A program made the position numbers and the translations under genes. A stretch of DNA of 64,000 nt, from positions 248,001 to 312,000 of the IMG/VR virus record IMGVR_UViG_3300043399_000877, one strand, 5' to 3'. The notes below the pieces were generated by a model. That model was not told where the DNA came from. It did not search any database and worked only from the letters and a program-made list of their open reading frames with translations. Shown here piece after piece: positions 29,504 to 37,892 of this stretch (the first letter of the stretch is position 1; every line of letters starts with the position of its first letter).

Positions 29504-30069
29504 TCTTCTAACATTTTCCATTCATCAACAGTTATAGTGTCGAAAGGCAACGTCGATCCATTAAAAGATTTAAACATTACTTTTTGATAAGCTGATTTTT
29601 TAAATGATGTGGGAACTACCCGGATCATATTTTCCATTATAACCCAGTCATGATAGAACTCAAGTTTGCTTTTTGCTTTTTTGAAATATAATTCTGACTT
29701 GTAGTGTTCTCTTGAATTAAACACGATAGATATGTCGTCTTTGTGTTTATTCACTTGATGTGGTACAATATACATTGGATTGTAAAAATCATATATTTTA
29801 TTTCTAAATTTTGGATTTACAAATGTTCTATTAGAACTTCTGTATATTCCCTGACCCCATCCCGGCCTAGAATACAGTCCACTAAAACACACTATTTCAT
29901 CATCTTCATTAGTAAGTAAGTCAAAAGAAAGATGGTTTTTCAAATCCATCTTTTCATAAGTATAGTTTTCTGCACGTTTGTCATCCACAGCCGATAGCAT
30001 ATCAAACATCTTTTTAAGCGAGGTGCTGTCTGTCACCTCGCCATGTGATACAACATTTACAATTTTCAT
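29500..30069 (-). CDS. GNAT-like acyltransferase (tentative)
   Basis: IVCFSGL strand and RTFVNPKFR motif-A-like segment. Confidence 0.45.
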   Translation of the reverse strand: MKIVNVVSHGEVTDSTSLKKMFDMLSAVDDKRAENYTYEKMDLKNHLSFDLLTNEDDEIVCFSGLYSRPGWGQGIYRSSNRTFVNPKFRNKIYDFYNPMYIVPHQVNKHKDDISIVFNSREHYKSELYFKKAKSKLEFYHDWVIMENMIRVVPTSFKKSAYQKVMFKSFNGSTLPFDTITVDEWKMLEE

Positions 30070-31202
30070 TTTAATACTACTACTTTTAATTTATCAAAAC
30101 CGTTAAATTGTGTAGAATACACACTGGTATATGCACCAGTATTGTGTATTAGTATTTTGTCCCCTGCCTTGACTTTAGACGGAAGCTTTGGTTTATAGCG
30201 CTCGTATAGAATGTCACCACTGTGTAATGTTGGTCCAGCGACAATAAACTCTTCCGATTCTCCTGTTACGTTTGGGACAGACAGTCCATATTTGAATACT
30301 TCGCCATCTGTGCTGTATAGACCTCCAAAGCGGCCAATATTTAAATACAACCATCTATGAGAATCATTGTCGTCTTTTTTACTAGCTAAAATGACCTCAG
30401 CTGCAATTATACCGCAATTTGCAACCATTGCCCGACCAGGCTCGGCTATCAAGTGTTCGACGGTTCCAAATTTTTGGGTTATTGTGTTTTTTAGTACCCG
30501 GCAATACTCTGGAATTTCGGTTATAGCTTCATCATATTCAGAAGGGAAGCCGCCACCTATGTTGAGTAAATTCATGGTATGACCGTATTCTTTAGCAGTA
30601 TTCCATAGGTCAGAAATAGTGTCTAAACTTTCGAACCATTGTTGTGGATGCAGGGTCTGCGACCCTATATGAAAACTTAAACCAACAATTTTAACGTTTA
30701 ACGTTTTACTTTTTTCAAGTATTGACAGTGCCATGTTTGGACTGCATCCAAATTTTTTACTAAGTGGGCGTTTTGCTCCAGTATCTCCTAGAAGTACTCT
30801 CAAAAAAACATTACCGCCGGGAGCATAATTTGATATTTTTTCTACTTCTTCCACAGCGTCAGCAGCAAACAAGTTCACTCCCATCTTGTGTGCATACTTT
30901 ACATCTCGTATAGTTTTTATGGTACTTCCATAACTTATTGATGAAGGAGACGCCCCTGCTTCTAAACACATTTTTATTTCGTTAGCACTCGCAGCGTCAA
31001 AATTACTGCCAAGAGCTACCAGAGTTTTAAGAACTTCTTTGTTCGGATTTGCTTTTATAGCATAGTGAATTTTAAAATTGGGGAGATTATTTTTAAAAAC
31101 TTCAAAGTTTTCTTTTACTTTATCTAAATCTAAAATAAGGGTGGGTTTTTTAAAAGTTTTGTCTAATGCGTATTTGTGAAGTTTTTCCATCTTACTATCC
31201 AT
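30066..31202 (-). CDS. Ornithine/lysine/arginine decarboxylase, fold-type III PLP
   Basis: YAIKANP, FDAAS, KKFG, FHIGSQ, NIGGGFP, EPGR, GAY. The exact start is uncertain (31226 GTG, 31202 ATG or 31190 ATG). Confidence 0.92.
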   Translation of the reverse strand: MDSKMEKLHKYALDKTFKKPTLILDLDKVKENFEVFKNNLPNFKIHYAIKANPNKEVLKTLVALGSNFDAASANEIKMCLEAGASPSSISYGSTIKTIRDVKYAHKMGVNLFAADAVEEVEKISNYAPGGNVFLRVLLGDTGAKRPLSKKFGCSPNMALSILEKSKTLNVKIVGLSFHIGSQTLHPQQWFESLDTISDLWNTAKEYGHTMNLLNIGGGFPSEYDEAITEIPEYCRVLKNTITQKFGTVEHLIAEPGRAMVANCGIIAAEVILASKKDDNDSHRWLYLNIGRFGGLYSTDGEVFKYGLSVPNVTGESEEFIVAGPTLHSGDILYERYKPKLPSKVKAGDKILIHNTGAYTSVYSTQFNGFDKLKVVVLK

Positions 31203-31242
31203 GTTGGGTGGGTGTTTATAGCCCACCCTTCATAGATATTTA

Positions 31243-32358
31243 TTATGACGCAGCTACCCCAGTGTCCAAGTTGATCCAACCACCATTTTGGTATCCTTCA
31301 AACTTGTTGTTTGTAGTGTTGTATATAACCATTCCATTTACTGGAGTTAGTGCATCTCTCTGGACTGTGGTCAAGTTTCCAAATTGTACAAAACCCGATG
31401 CTTTTACGTTACCCCTCACATCGAGTTTTTCAGAAGGAGTAAACGTGCCTACGCCTAAGTTTGAATTCTTGGAAAAAACAACATATGTTGACTCGTCAAA
31501 AGTGACACCATACTGACCGTATGCTATGAATATACCACCGTTGTCAGCACCGATTGTTGCCTTTGTTGAACTACCCTCGGCGTCGTGTTTTTCAAAATCA
31601 AGTCTTCCATATAGCATTGAGTCGTCAACAACTCCAGTCTGGTGTCTTTGGAGTTTAATAGTTGACAAATTGTTATTGCCTTTTATGATTACTTTGGTTA
31701 AACTGGAGTCATCGTTGTCTAAAATTAATGATTCTGTAAAATTAATTAGTCCAACGTTTACTGAATTGTTTGAAGAATCTACTATAATAGAGCTGTCTGC
31801 ACCAACAATGTTTATATTATACGAACCGCCACTTACGATCCCGACATTAGTAAGCAAACTGCCGTCACCTATAAATTTTCCATAAATTTCATTAGTAGCA
31901 GAATTTACTATAATAGAACTGTCATCGCCAAAGACTGAACCACGCAGGCTTCCGGTCAAATCTCCAACAAAGTTTCCAGTAACCGTATTTGTATCACGGT
32001 TTAAAATGATACTGCTATCAGCGCCAACCACGTTTATGCTGTAAAATCCACCATCAACTATGTCACTGACATTTGGTAAATTAACAAGCTGGCTACCATC
32101 ACCGACAAATTTGGTAGCAGTTACTATCCCAGTGATAGTTATGTCACCGGTTCCAGTAATATCATAATTGTTTAAATTCATGTTCCTCGTAAGGACATCT
32201 GGAGACTCGGTTAAGTCTCCGCTTATTAGTATGCCACCAAGAGTTACACCGTCGCCCACAAATAAAGATTTTGTGTCGGTTGTGTATACAAGTTCGCCTT
32301 CTGCAAATATGACTGCCTGTCTTTCAAGGTCAGTTCCACGTCGCAATCTTAAAGCCAT
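31243..32358 (-). CDS. Virion structural/fibre protein with Mtd_N-like N-terminus and internal GxDSSII repeats
   Basis: MALRLRRGT...AEGEL.YTTDTK.LFVGDG. Three G[AD]DSSII repeats. C-terminal NGMVIYNTTNNKFEGY. Confidence 0.75.
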   Translation of the reverse strand: MALRLRRGTDLERQAVIFAEGELVYTTDTKSLFVGDGVTLGGILISGDLTESPDVLTRNMNLNNYDITGTGDITITGIVTATKFVGDGSQLVNLPNVSDIVDGGFYSINVVGADSSIILNRDTNTVTGNFVGDLTGSLRGSVFGDDSSIIVNSATNEIYGKFIGDGSLLTNVGIVSGGSYNINIVGADSSIIVDSSNNSVNVGLINFTESLILDNDDSSLTKVIIKGNNNLSTIKLQRHQTGVVDDSMLYGRLDFEKHDAEGSSTKATIGADNGGIFIAYGQYGVTFDESTYVVFSKNSNLGVGTFTPSEKLDVRGNVKASGFVQFGNLTTVQRDALTPVNGMVIYNTTNNKFEGYQNGGWINLDTGVAAS

Positions 32359-32387
32359 TCAAATTCTCCTGGATATATTATTCGATG

Positions 32388-32395
32388 TATTTATA
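32388..32395 (-). promoter_or_regulatory. T4-type late promoter TATAAATA
   Basis: Exact TATAAATA about 30 nt upstream of the structural gene, followed by an AGGAG RBS. Confidence 0.65.
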
Positions 32396-32422
32396 CAATA
32401 TAACCAAAAGGAATGCCAAAAA

Positions 32423-32737
32423 TCATTTATTGTGCTTAAGAAAATAACCAACTCTGCGTGTTAGATACTTTTTAATTTTTTCTAAATCTAATTGGAAATC
32501 TACGTTTTCAATTTCACCCTCAAACTCGCTAAAAAGATCGTCGAGTGATTGCTCTATTTTTTCTTCTGGTTGGGATTTTCTACTTTCAGCCAAGTCGATT
32601 TCCCAAACAGTATCGTCTTCAAAAGTTATGGTTATGTTTTTTAAATACTCTAATGGAAGAAATTTTAGATCAATTTCTTCTAAAATTTCTTCCCATTTTT
32701 CGTTAGTATTTTCTGGATTTGATTTGCGGTTTTTCAA
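32423..32737 (-). CDS. Hypothetical acidic phage protein
   Basis: 104 aa ORF in operon context. Confidence 0.6.
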   Translation of the reverse strand: MKNRKSNPENTNEKWEEILEEIDLKFLPLEYLKNITITFEDDTVWEIDLAESRKSQPEEKIEQSLDDLFSEFEGEIENVDFQLDLEKIKKYLTRRVGYFLKHNK

Positions 32738-32754
32738 CTCTCCATCTTCCTAAC

Positions 32755-33402
32755 TTACTCTTCTAGAGTTTTTACAACACTCTTTTTCTTAGTTGGAGAG
32801 AGTTGTTCAGCTTCGTCACGTAAACGCTTTGCTTCTTTGTACAGTGCATCTGCCTGCCCGCGTAGTTTTCGTGCGATATCCTCGTCGCTGAGGGGCTGCT
32901 CTACCGCAGCGGGTGCAGCATACACGGCAGCAGGGTCAGCTGTCTGCGGGGCTGTCTGAGCCTGTACGGCAGCAGGGCGCTGCCCAGGCACTCCTACTGG
33001 AGGCTGCGAGCCATCAGCACGTAATGCCAAATCGTGTATAGTAACGTTGCGTTGCTCGGCAATGACTTCATTAAGCTTGTCAAGAGCAATAGCTGTATTT
33101 GTGTTAGGAGTCATTTCAATATCCGAAGTAGCAATTTTGAAAAGACGCCCAGTCATATGGAATCCAGCAAGCATAACTCTGCCGTCCGGAAGTCTTGCTC
33201 TAGCCATAGCTTCTGCAAGTTCATAAGCTTCCTGTCCAGCAGCAGACTCAACTAACGATATGAGCGCATCGTGTTCGTCTGCCGGCAGTGAGTCAGTAAA
33301 CACAACCAACGAATGATACGGGTCGTTTGGCAATGTCCGGTATGCAACAATGGCTCTTCTTCGATTGTTTTTCAATCTACCAACGTGTTTTAAATTAATC
33401 AT
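32755..33402 (-). CDS. Hypothetical phage protein (Pro/Ala linker, C-terminal coiled coil)
   Basis: Long ORF overlapping the upstream gene. Confidence 0.7.
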   Translation of the reverse strand: MINLKHVGRLKNNRRRAIVAYRTLPNDPYHSLVVFTDSLPADEHDALISLVESAAGQEAYELAEAMARARLPDGRVMLAGFHMTGRLFKIATSDIEMTPNTNTAIALDKLNEVIAEQRNVTIHDLALRADGSQPPVGVPGQRPAAVQAQTAPQTADPAAVYAAPAAVEQPLSDEDIARKLRGQADALYKEAKRLRDEAEQLSPTKKKSVVKTLEE

Positions 33403-33640
33403 TAGCGGCACCGTTAGTTGGTTCCGCAGCGGCAGCTTCGGCTGCCTTAGCTGCCTTTTGCTGCTCTTCTACAGCCCTTAAAAATGCATCTAATTTGTTA
33501 TATACGATGCCCACAGCAGCCATTTCGCCAGGTTTAAAAGAACTTCTTTCACTTGCGAGTTCAATAATTTGCTTCATTACTGCAAGATCTTGAATAGTCA
33601 AATCCTGTGGATTCGGTTGTGGTTGATTTTGTTCAGACAT
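33395..33640 (-). CDS. Hypothetical phage protein
   Basis: AGGAG RBS before MSEQNQ. Confidence 0.7.
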   Translation of the reverse strand: MSEQNQPQPNPQDLTIQDLAVMKQIIELASERSSFKPGEMAAVGIVYNKLDAFLRAVEEQQKAAKAAEAAAAEPTNGAAND

Positions 33641-33679
33641 CTTTAACTCCTTTACCAATTATATAGTCATAAAATGTTT

Positions 33680-33970
33680 TTAGTATTTCAAATATGGACA
33701 AGCTAAAAGAAAATAACTCAAGTCTTTGCTATTTTCAAAAGCTATGTTTGTTGAATATTTAACTTTGCCGCCGCCAAATCCTTTGAAAGACGGATCGAGT
33801 TTTGATCCGATAAAATATCGGCCAGTTGTGTGTTCATCTATCCATGATTGTAACGCTCTGCTCATATTGTAAGTTAAGTCAACATTCACAGACTCAAAAT
33901 GAGGCGGGCAAAATTTTGCCCGCCTCATTCCAAAAACGTTAAGTGGATTTATTTTTATCTTTTTATCCAT
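33680..33970 (-). CDS. Hypothetical phage protein
   Basis: ATG overlaps the end of the VWA gene. Confidence 0.65.
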   Translation of the reverse strand: MDKKIKINPLNVFGMRRAKFCPPHFESVNVDLTYNMSRALQSWIDEHTTGRYFIGSKLDPSFKGFGGGKVKYSTNIAFENSKDLSYFLLACPYLKY

Positions 33971-35228
33971 GCTTTTCGTCATAATGTGCTGTAACACCAA
34001 ACGGTGCTTGAAGGTTCTTGTCGCGGTTACTGTGGATGATAAACACAGTGTCGCAGTAGTTTTCGTCACCCCAACTTCCAAAAGGATATCCGTCGGTAAA
34101 CATGATAAACTTCTTGGGCTGGATGTCGTGATTTTTCATGTATTCCCAGTTACAGTCAAAGTCAGTACCACCACCGCCGTGGATCTGATAATCCATCAAC
34201 TCGTTTCCGCCGTCAGCAGTAAAGTCCTGCTCATTATATACCCGAGTATCAAAACACCACAGCTTAATGCGATAATCTTTATACTCGTCCATAATGCCTT
34301 TGACTTCGCTCAAGAAGTCTTTTGCCTGATCGTTACCAATAGAACCGCTCATGTCAATGCTTACGGCAATATCGATAGTCTCATCAAACTGCATACCCGG
34401 CAGCACAGCGCCCATATGCCAACCTTTGCGGTTAGGACGAGCAAACGTATAGTCGCTCTTAATGGTGCTCTGGATTTGCTGACGCAGCAATTGACGCCAG
34501 TTCATCTTGGGCTCGGTCAGTTCCTTGATCAGTCGCTGCACACCTGCCGGAGTGTTGCCAGCACCAGCAGCTTGCGAAGCTTGAATCATGGCTTCCTTGA
34601 TCTCGTCACGGATCTTTTGCAGTTCTTCCTTGCTATAACGCGGACGCCCTTTACCCTTGCCATCCTTGTCACCATCACCGTCACCATCACCATCGTCACC
34701 CCAGTCGAGGTGCTCGTCAAGCAAATCACCGAGTTCGTCAATGTTGATCTTCTTAGCATTTTTAAACAGGTCGTCATAAACTGCTTCACTGCTCCAGCCT
34801 TCATACTTGAAGTCTTGGAAGCAATCAACCAGTGTGGGCTTCTGTCCGATGCGGTCACGAACCAGCATGTTGTTGACGATGTAGTCAGCTGCAATGTTAT
34901 ACAGCTTGGGGTCACGATCTTCACGACGAGTCAAGTGGTCAAAAACACAGTGCAGGATTTCGTGAGCAATAACAAACTCAATCTCTTTGTTGTTCATTGC
35001 GTTGAAAAACTGCGTGTTGTAGTACAAATGACGTCCGTCAGTCGCAGCAGTCGTGCACCAATCGTCGCATTCTTGAACACGAAGACGGGTTGCCATGTTA
35101 CCGAAGAACGGATGCTTTAGCAGAAGACCAATACGTGCAGTAACCACACGTTCGTGGACATCTGCTCGCATACGCTCGAGTTCTTCTTTGCTGAGTTGCT
35201 TGGGCTGATACTTGGGCTTCTTTGCCAT
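33963..35228 (-). CDS. Zincin metallopeptidase plus VWA domain protein (MoxR partner, DUF2201-like)
   Basis: TAATDG, HEILH zincin motif, IDMSGS MIDAS, GGGGTDF, FTDG. Confidence 0.9.
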   Translation of the reverse strand: MAKKPKYQPKQLSKEELERMRADVHERVVTARIGLLLKHPFFGNMATRLRVQECDDWCTTAATDGRHLYYNTQFFNAMNNKEIEFVIAHEILHCVFDHLTRREDRDPKLYNIAADYIVNNMLVRDRIGQKPTLVDCFQDFKYEGWSSEAVYDDLFKNAKKINIDELGDLLDEHLDWGDDGDGDGDGDKDGKGKGRPRYSKEELQKIRDEIKEAMIQASQAAGAGNTPAGVQRLIKELTEPKMNWRQLLRQQIQSTIKSDYTFARPNRKGWHMGAVLPGMQFDETIDIAVSIDMSGSIGNDQAKDFLSEVKGIMDEYKDYRIKLWCFDTRVYNEQDFTADGGNELMDYQIHGGGGTDFDCNWEYMKNHDIQPKKFIMFTDGYPFGSWGDENYCDTVFIIHSNRDKNLQAPFGVTAHYDEKHG

Positions 35229-35253
35229 GTGCTTAATCCTCTATTGCGCCTTA

Positions 35254-35282
35254 ACAATAGCAAATGTGCTAAGGCAAGTCAA
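35254..35282 (-). promoter_or_regulatory. Sigma70-type early promoter
   Basis: TTGACT-17 bp-TATTGT. Confidence 0.7.
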
Positions 35283-35283
35283 G

Positions 35284-35309
35284 AAAAAAAAGGGGGCGTT
35301 TCCGCCCCC
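35284..35309 (-). terminator. Rho-independent terminator
   Basis: GGGGGCG-GAAA-CGCCCCC followed by T8, just after the ATPase stop. Confidence 0.9.
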
Positions 35310-35316
35310 AGTAGTT

Positions 35317-36399
35317 TTACGAGTTACGGGCGTTCTTGATGTATTTACCGTAACGATTGTGGAACTCATCGAAGCACTCAACAGCGTCCGGGTCAATGTT
35401 CAATTGGTACTTGGTCAGTGCCAACACAATGCCCATGACAACCATCTCAGTGTCGAAGTTGTCCATTGCGAAGCGGAAGAAGTTGTTGACTTTTTCGTCA
35501 AACTGTTTGTCCTTGTGGTCTTCTGCTTCTTTGAGCTCGTAGCAAAGAGCAACAGTGAGCGAGTACATCGCGCTGATCTCCTTGGTCTTGAGCTCCTTAA
35601 CTTTGCCAGCAAGAATGTCGGTAGGATCCGGCATGCTGCTGGCAACCTTGCGGTGCGCCATAAACTTGACTGCTAACCCTTCGCCGATGGCGCCGGCCAC
35701 AAGATCAGTAATAGTCGACTCGTCCACATCGTCTTCCAACAGTTCGCTAACGAACGACCAGCTGCGCGGGGTAGCAAAGCTACGGGTTGCGCTCTTGGGG
35801 TCAAAGTCGTAAAGGTCTTTCTTGCTGAAAGTAAGGAAACCAACGACGTCTTTGTGGACGCGATTCTGCGTAGCCCAGTCGAACCAGTCGTCAAAGTCTA
35901 CACGCATTTCAAGGTGGATAAAGCGGTTTGCAAGCGGCGCCGGCATACGATACGTGACACCTTTGTCAGCTTCGCGGTTACCAGCGGCGATAATGAACAC
36001 GTTTTCCGGCAAGTGGTAAGTACCAACACGGCGGTTGAGAATCAGCTGATACGCAGCAGCCTGCACAGCCGGAGCAGCGGAGTTCATCTCGTCAAGGAAC
36101 AAGATAATCTTTTCATGCTTTGCAGCCATTTCAGCATCCGGCAGTTCGACCGGCGGCGCCCAAACCATCTTGCTGTCGTTGCTGTCAAAATACGGAATGC
36201 CTTTGATGTCAGTCGGCTCCCAAAGCGACAGACGCACGTCAATAACGTGGGCGTTGAGGTTTTCACCAATCTGGTGAACGATGTCGGATTTACCGATACC
36301 GGGCGGGCCCCAAAGGAAGATCGGGCGCTTCTTAAGCATTGCGTGACGAATGCTTTTCTTTGCAGTCTTGGCGGTAACAGTACGGTTAGCAGTATCCAT
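35317..36399 (-). CDS. MoxR-type AAA+ ATPase
   Basis: Walker A GPPGIGKS, Walker B LFLDE, AAGN, PLANRF, TPRSW. Confidence 0.92.
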   Translation of the reverse strand: MDTANRTVTAKTAKKSIRHAMLKKRPIFLWGPPGIGKSDIVHQIGENLNAHVIDVRLSLWEPTDIKGIPYFDSNDSKMVWAPPVELPDAEMAAKHEKIILFLDEMNSAAPAVQAAAYQLILNRRVGTYHLPENVFIIAAGNREADKGVTYRMPAPLANRFIHLEMRVDFDDWFDWATQNRVHKDVVGFLTFSKKDLYDFDPKSATRSFATPRSWSFVSELLEDDVDESTITDLVAGAIGEGLAVKFMAHRKVASSMPDPTDILAGKVKELKTKEISAMYSLTVALCYELKEAEDHKDKQFDEKVNNFFRFAMDNFDTEMVVMGIVLALTKYQLNIDPDAVECFDEFHNRYGKYIKNARNS

Positions 36400-36434
36400 G
36401 TCAAACTCCTTGGACGTTTTTAAGTTATGTTGTT

Positions 36435-36463
36435 ACTATAGCTTCTAAGTTTCGCGCTGTCAA
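36435..36463 (-). promoter_or_regulatory. Sigma70-type early promoter
   Basis: TTGACA-17 bp-TATAGT, then an AAGGAG RBS. Confidence 0.8.
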
Positions 36464-36477
36464 CGCATAAAAAACTG

Positions 36478-36873
36478 TTATTTCATATCTTTTATTTTTT
36501 TAGAGCGTGTCATTGCTTTTACGAGTCCGTATTTTCTCACGTCACCGCTAAACAGGCTGAGCTCTACAGCCTTCCGTTCACTTGTGACCACAATGCTTCT
36601 GCTGTTGAGAAAATACGGACAATCTATAAATTGATCCAAGAAAACTATAACCTGTGGTGTTAAGGCCATTTCTTTAGGATAAGGAATATCCCAGTGTTCT
36701 ATTCCGACTTTCTTTAAGACTTCGTAGCCATCTTCAGTTAGTCGTAATCCACCAACATTTTTATTTCTTGTGTTTTGCCACCATAGTTGGATAGAACTTT
36801 TGATGTTTTCAGAAGAAGTAGACATGCCCATCTCTTTAAGAAAGATTTTGGTGTATACTTCTTTCGGAGTCAT
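36478..36873 (-). CDS. Hypothetical phage protein
   Basis: ORF abuts its neighbours. Confidence 0.7.
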   Translation of the reverse strand: MTPKEVYTKIFLKEMGMSTSSENIKSSIQLWWQNTRNKNVGGLRLTEDGYEVLKKVGIEHWDIPYPKEMALTPQVIVFLDQFIDCPYFLNSRSIVVTSERKAVELSLFSGDVRKYGLVKAMTRSKKIKDMK

Positions 36874-37155
36874 TTATTCCAAATCTCCAGTGGTTAATCT
36901 GTAAACCTGAAACTTGTCAGTTTTAAACATTTTATTGAGTTTTTTGGCTAGATTGTGTGCGTGTCCACGATTACTAAAACTTGTTTTTTTGTATTTTGGG
37001 CCAGGATGGTTTGTTAAACTGTTTGAGTTTTTAAGATTAAAAGGCTTGCCTTGATAAAAGACAGCCCATATGGCTTCAGCACTTAAAACTTGCTCACATC
37101 GGTATGTGGCTTTATCAGTATATTCCATCAAAACTTTTGGTTTTGGTCGGCTCAT
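36874..37155 (-). CDS. Hypothetical basic phage protein
   Basis: TATAAATA (37184-37191) and AGGAG upstream. Confidence 0.75.
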   Translation of the reverse strand: MSRPKPKVLMEYTDKATYRCEQVLSAEAIWAVFYQGKPFNLKNSNSLTNHPGPKYKKTSFSNRGHAHNLAKKLNKMFKTDKFQVYRLTTGDLE

Positions 37156-37194
37156 TATGCATACTCCTAATTATGTACGCATATATTTATACTA

Positions 37195-37434
37195 TCACCA
37201 ACCAGAACCAGCGTCTAGATTAACAATTATCGGTTCTTCCTGAGCTGTTTTGTTTTCAGCTACAAGTTTTTCTAGTTCACCTTCTAATCTTGACATAACC
37301 ATACCGAGTGTAAACGCAAGATTTTTAGCGGTTGCTATGTCAAGTCTCACGTCCGGTTGTTTAGAGCTGTCGGCAGTTTTGACGGCTTGTATAAATTGTT
37401 GTATCGGAAATGTATTTAATGGTGTTACTAACAT
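37195..37434 (-). CDS. Hypothetical phage protein
   Basis: Operon context. Confidence 0.65.
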   Translation of the reverse strand: MLVTPLNTFPIQQFIQAVKTADSSKQPDVRLDIATAKNLAFTLGMVMSRLEGELEKLVAENKTAQEEPIIVNLDAGSGW

Positions 37435-37892
37435 AGTTTTAACATAGCTTTCATTTCTATTTCTGTCTTAAATGGGCCCTTGTAGTCGTTCTCTTCCAAA
37501 GTTATGAGCTTTGGGCAAAATGCTTTAAGCCACGTAACATTAAATTTAATCAAGTAATATCCGGCACAATAGATACTCTTGCTGTTTTCACTCTTTGTAA
37601 AAAGCGGAAGTTTTTTCTTTATATCAAACATTTGATTGTAAGGGATAACTTTAGTAGGGTATCCGTTTACAAAGAGGTCGTCTTCTTTTCTTTCCGGCGG
37701 CGTAATTTTTGCTATGAGAAAGTCAGAACCAAATTGTGTTACCAATTGTGAGCGACTGTCATATAAACTTATTTTTCCTTTTTGATTAAGAACAAACGAG
37801 TCGTCTTCTTTAACCAATGTTCCAATTCTTATGCCGTTGTCTTCAATTATCCAAAATTTATCATCAAGTACTGGTTTGGCTTTGATGCTCAT
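37428..37892 (-). CDS. Hypothetical phage protein
   Basis: Operon context, GAGG RBS. Confidence 0.7.
   Translation of the reverse strand: MSIKAKPVLDDKFWIIEDNGIRIGTLVKEDDSFVLNQKGKISLYDSRSQLVTQFGSDFLIAKITPPERKEDDLFVNGYPTKVIPYNQMFDIKKKLPLFTKSENSKSIYCAGYYLIKFNVTWLKAFCPKLITLEENDYKGPFKTEIEMKAMLKLC

Noticed and set aside
31243-32358. Mtd-like N-terminus suggesting a diversity-generating retroelement
   Set aside because: No reverse transcriptase, template/variable repeat pair or C-type lectin domain is visible in the window.
34660-34702. Short tandem repeat encoding GDGDGDGD
   Set aside because: It is a coding low-complexity linker typical of this VWA family, not a CRISPR array or regulatory repeat.
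33969-36423. Long + strand ORFs (383 aa, 154 aa, 189 aa) opposite the VWA and MoxR genes
   Set aside because: They are antisense shadows of strongly codon-biased, GC-richer genes and show no recognisable motifs.
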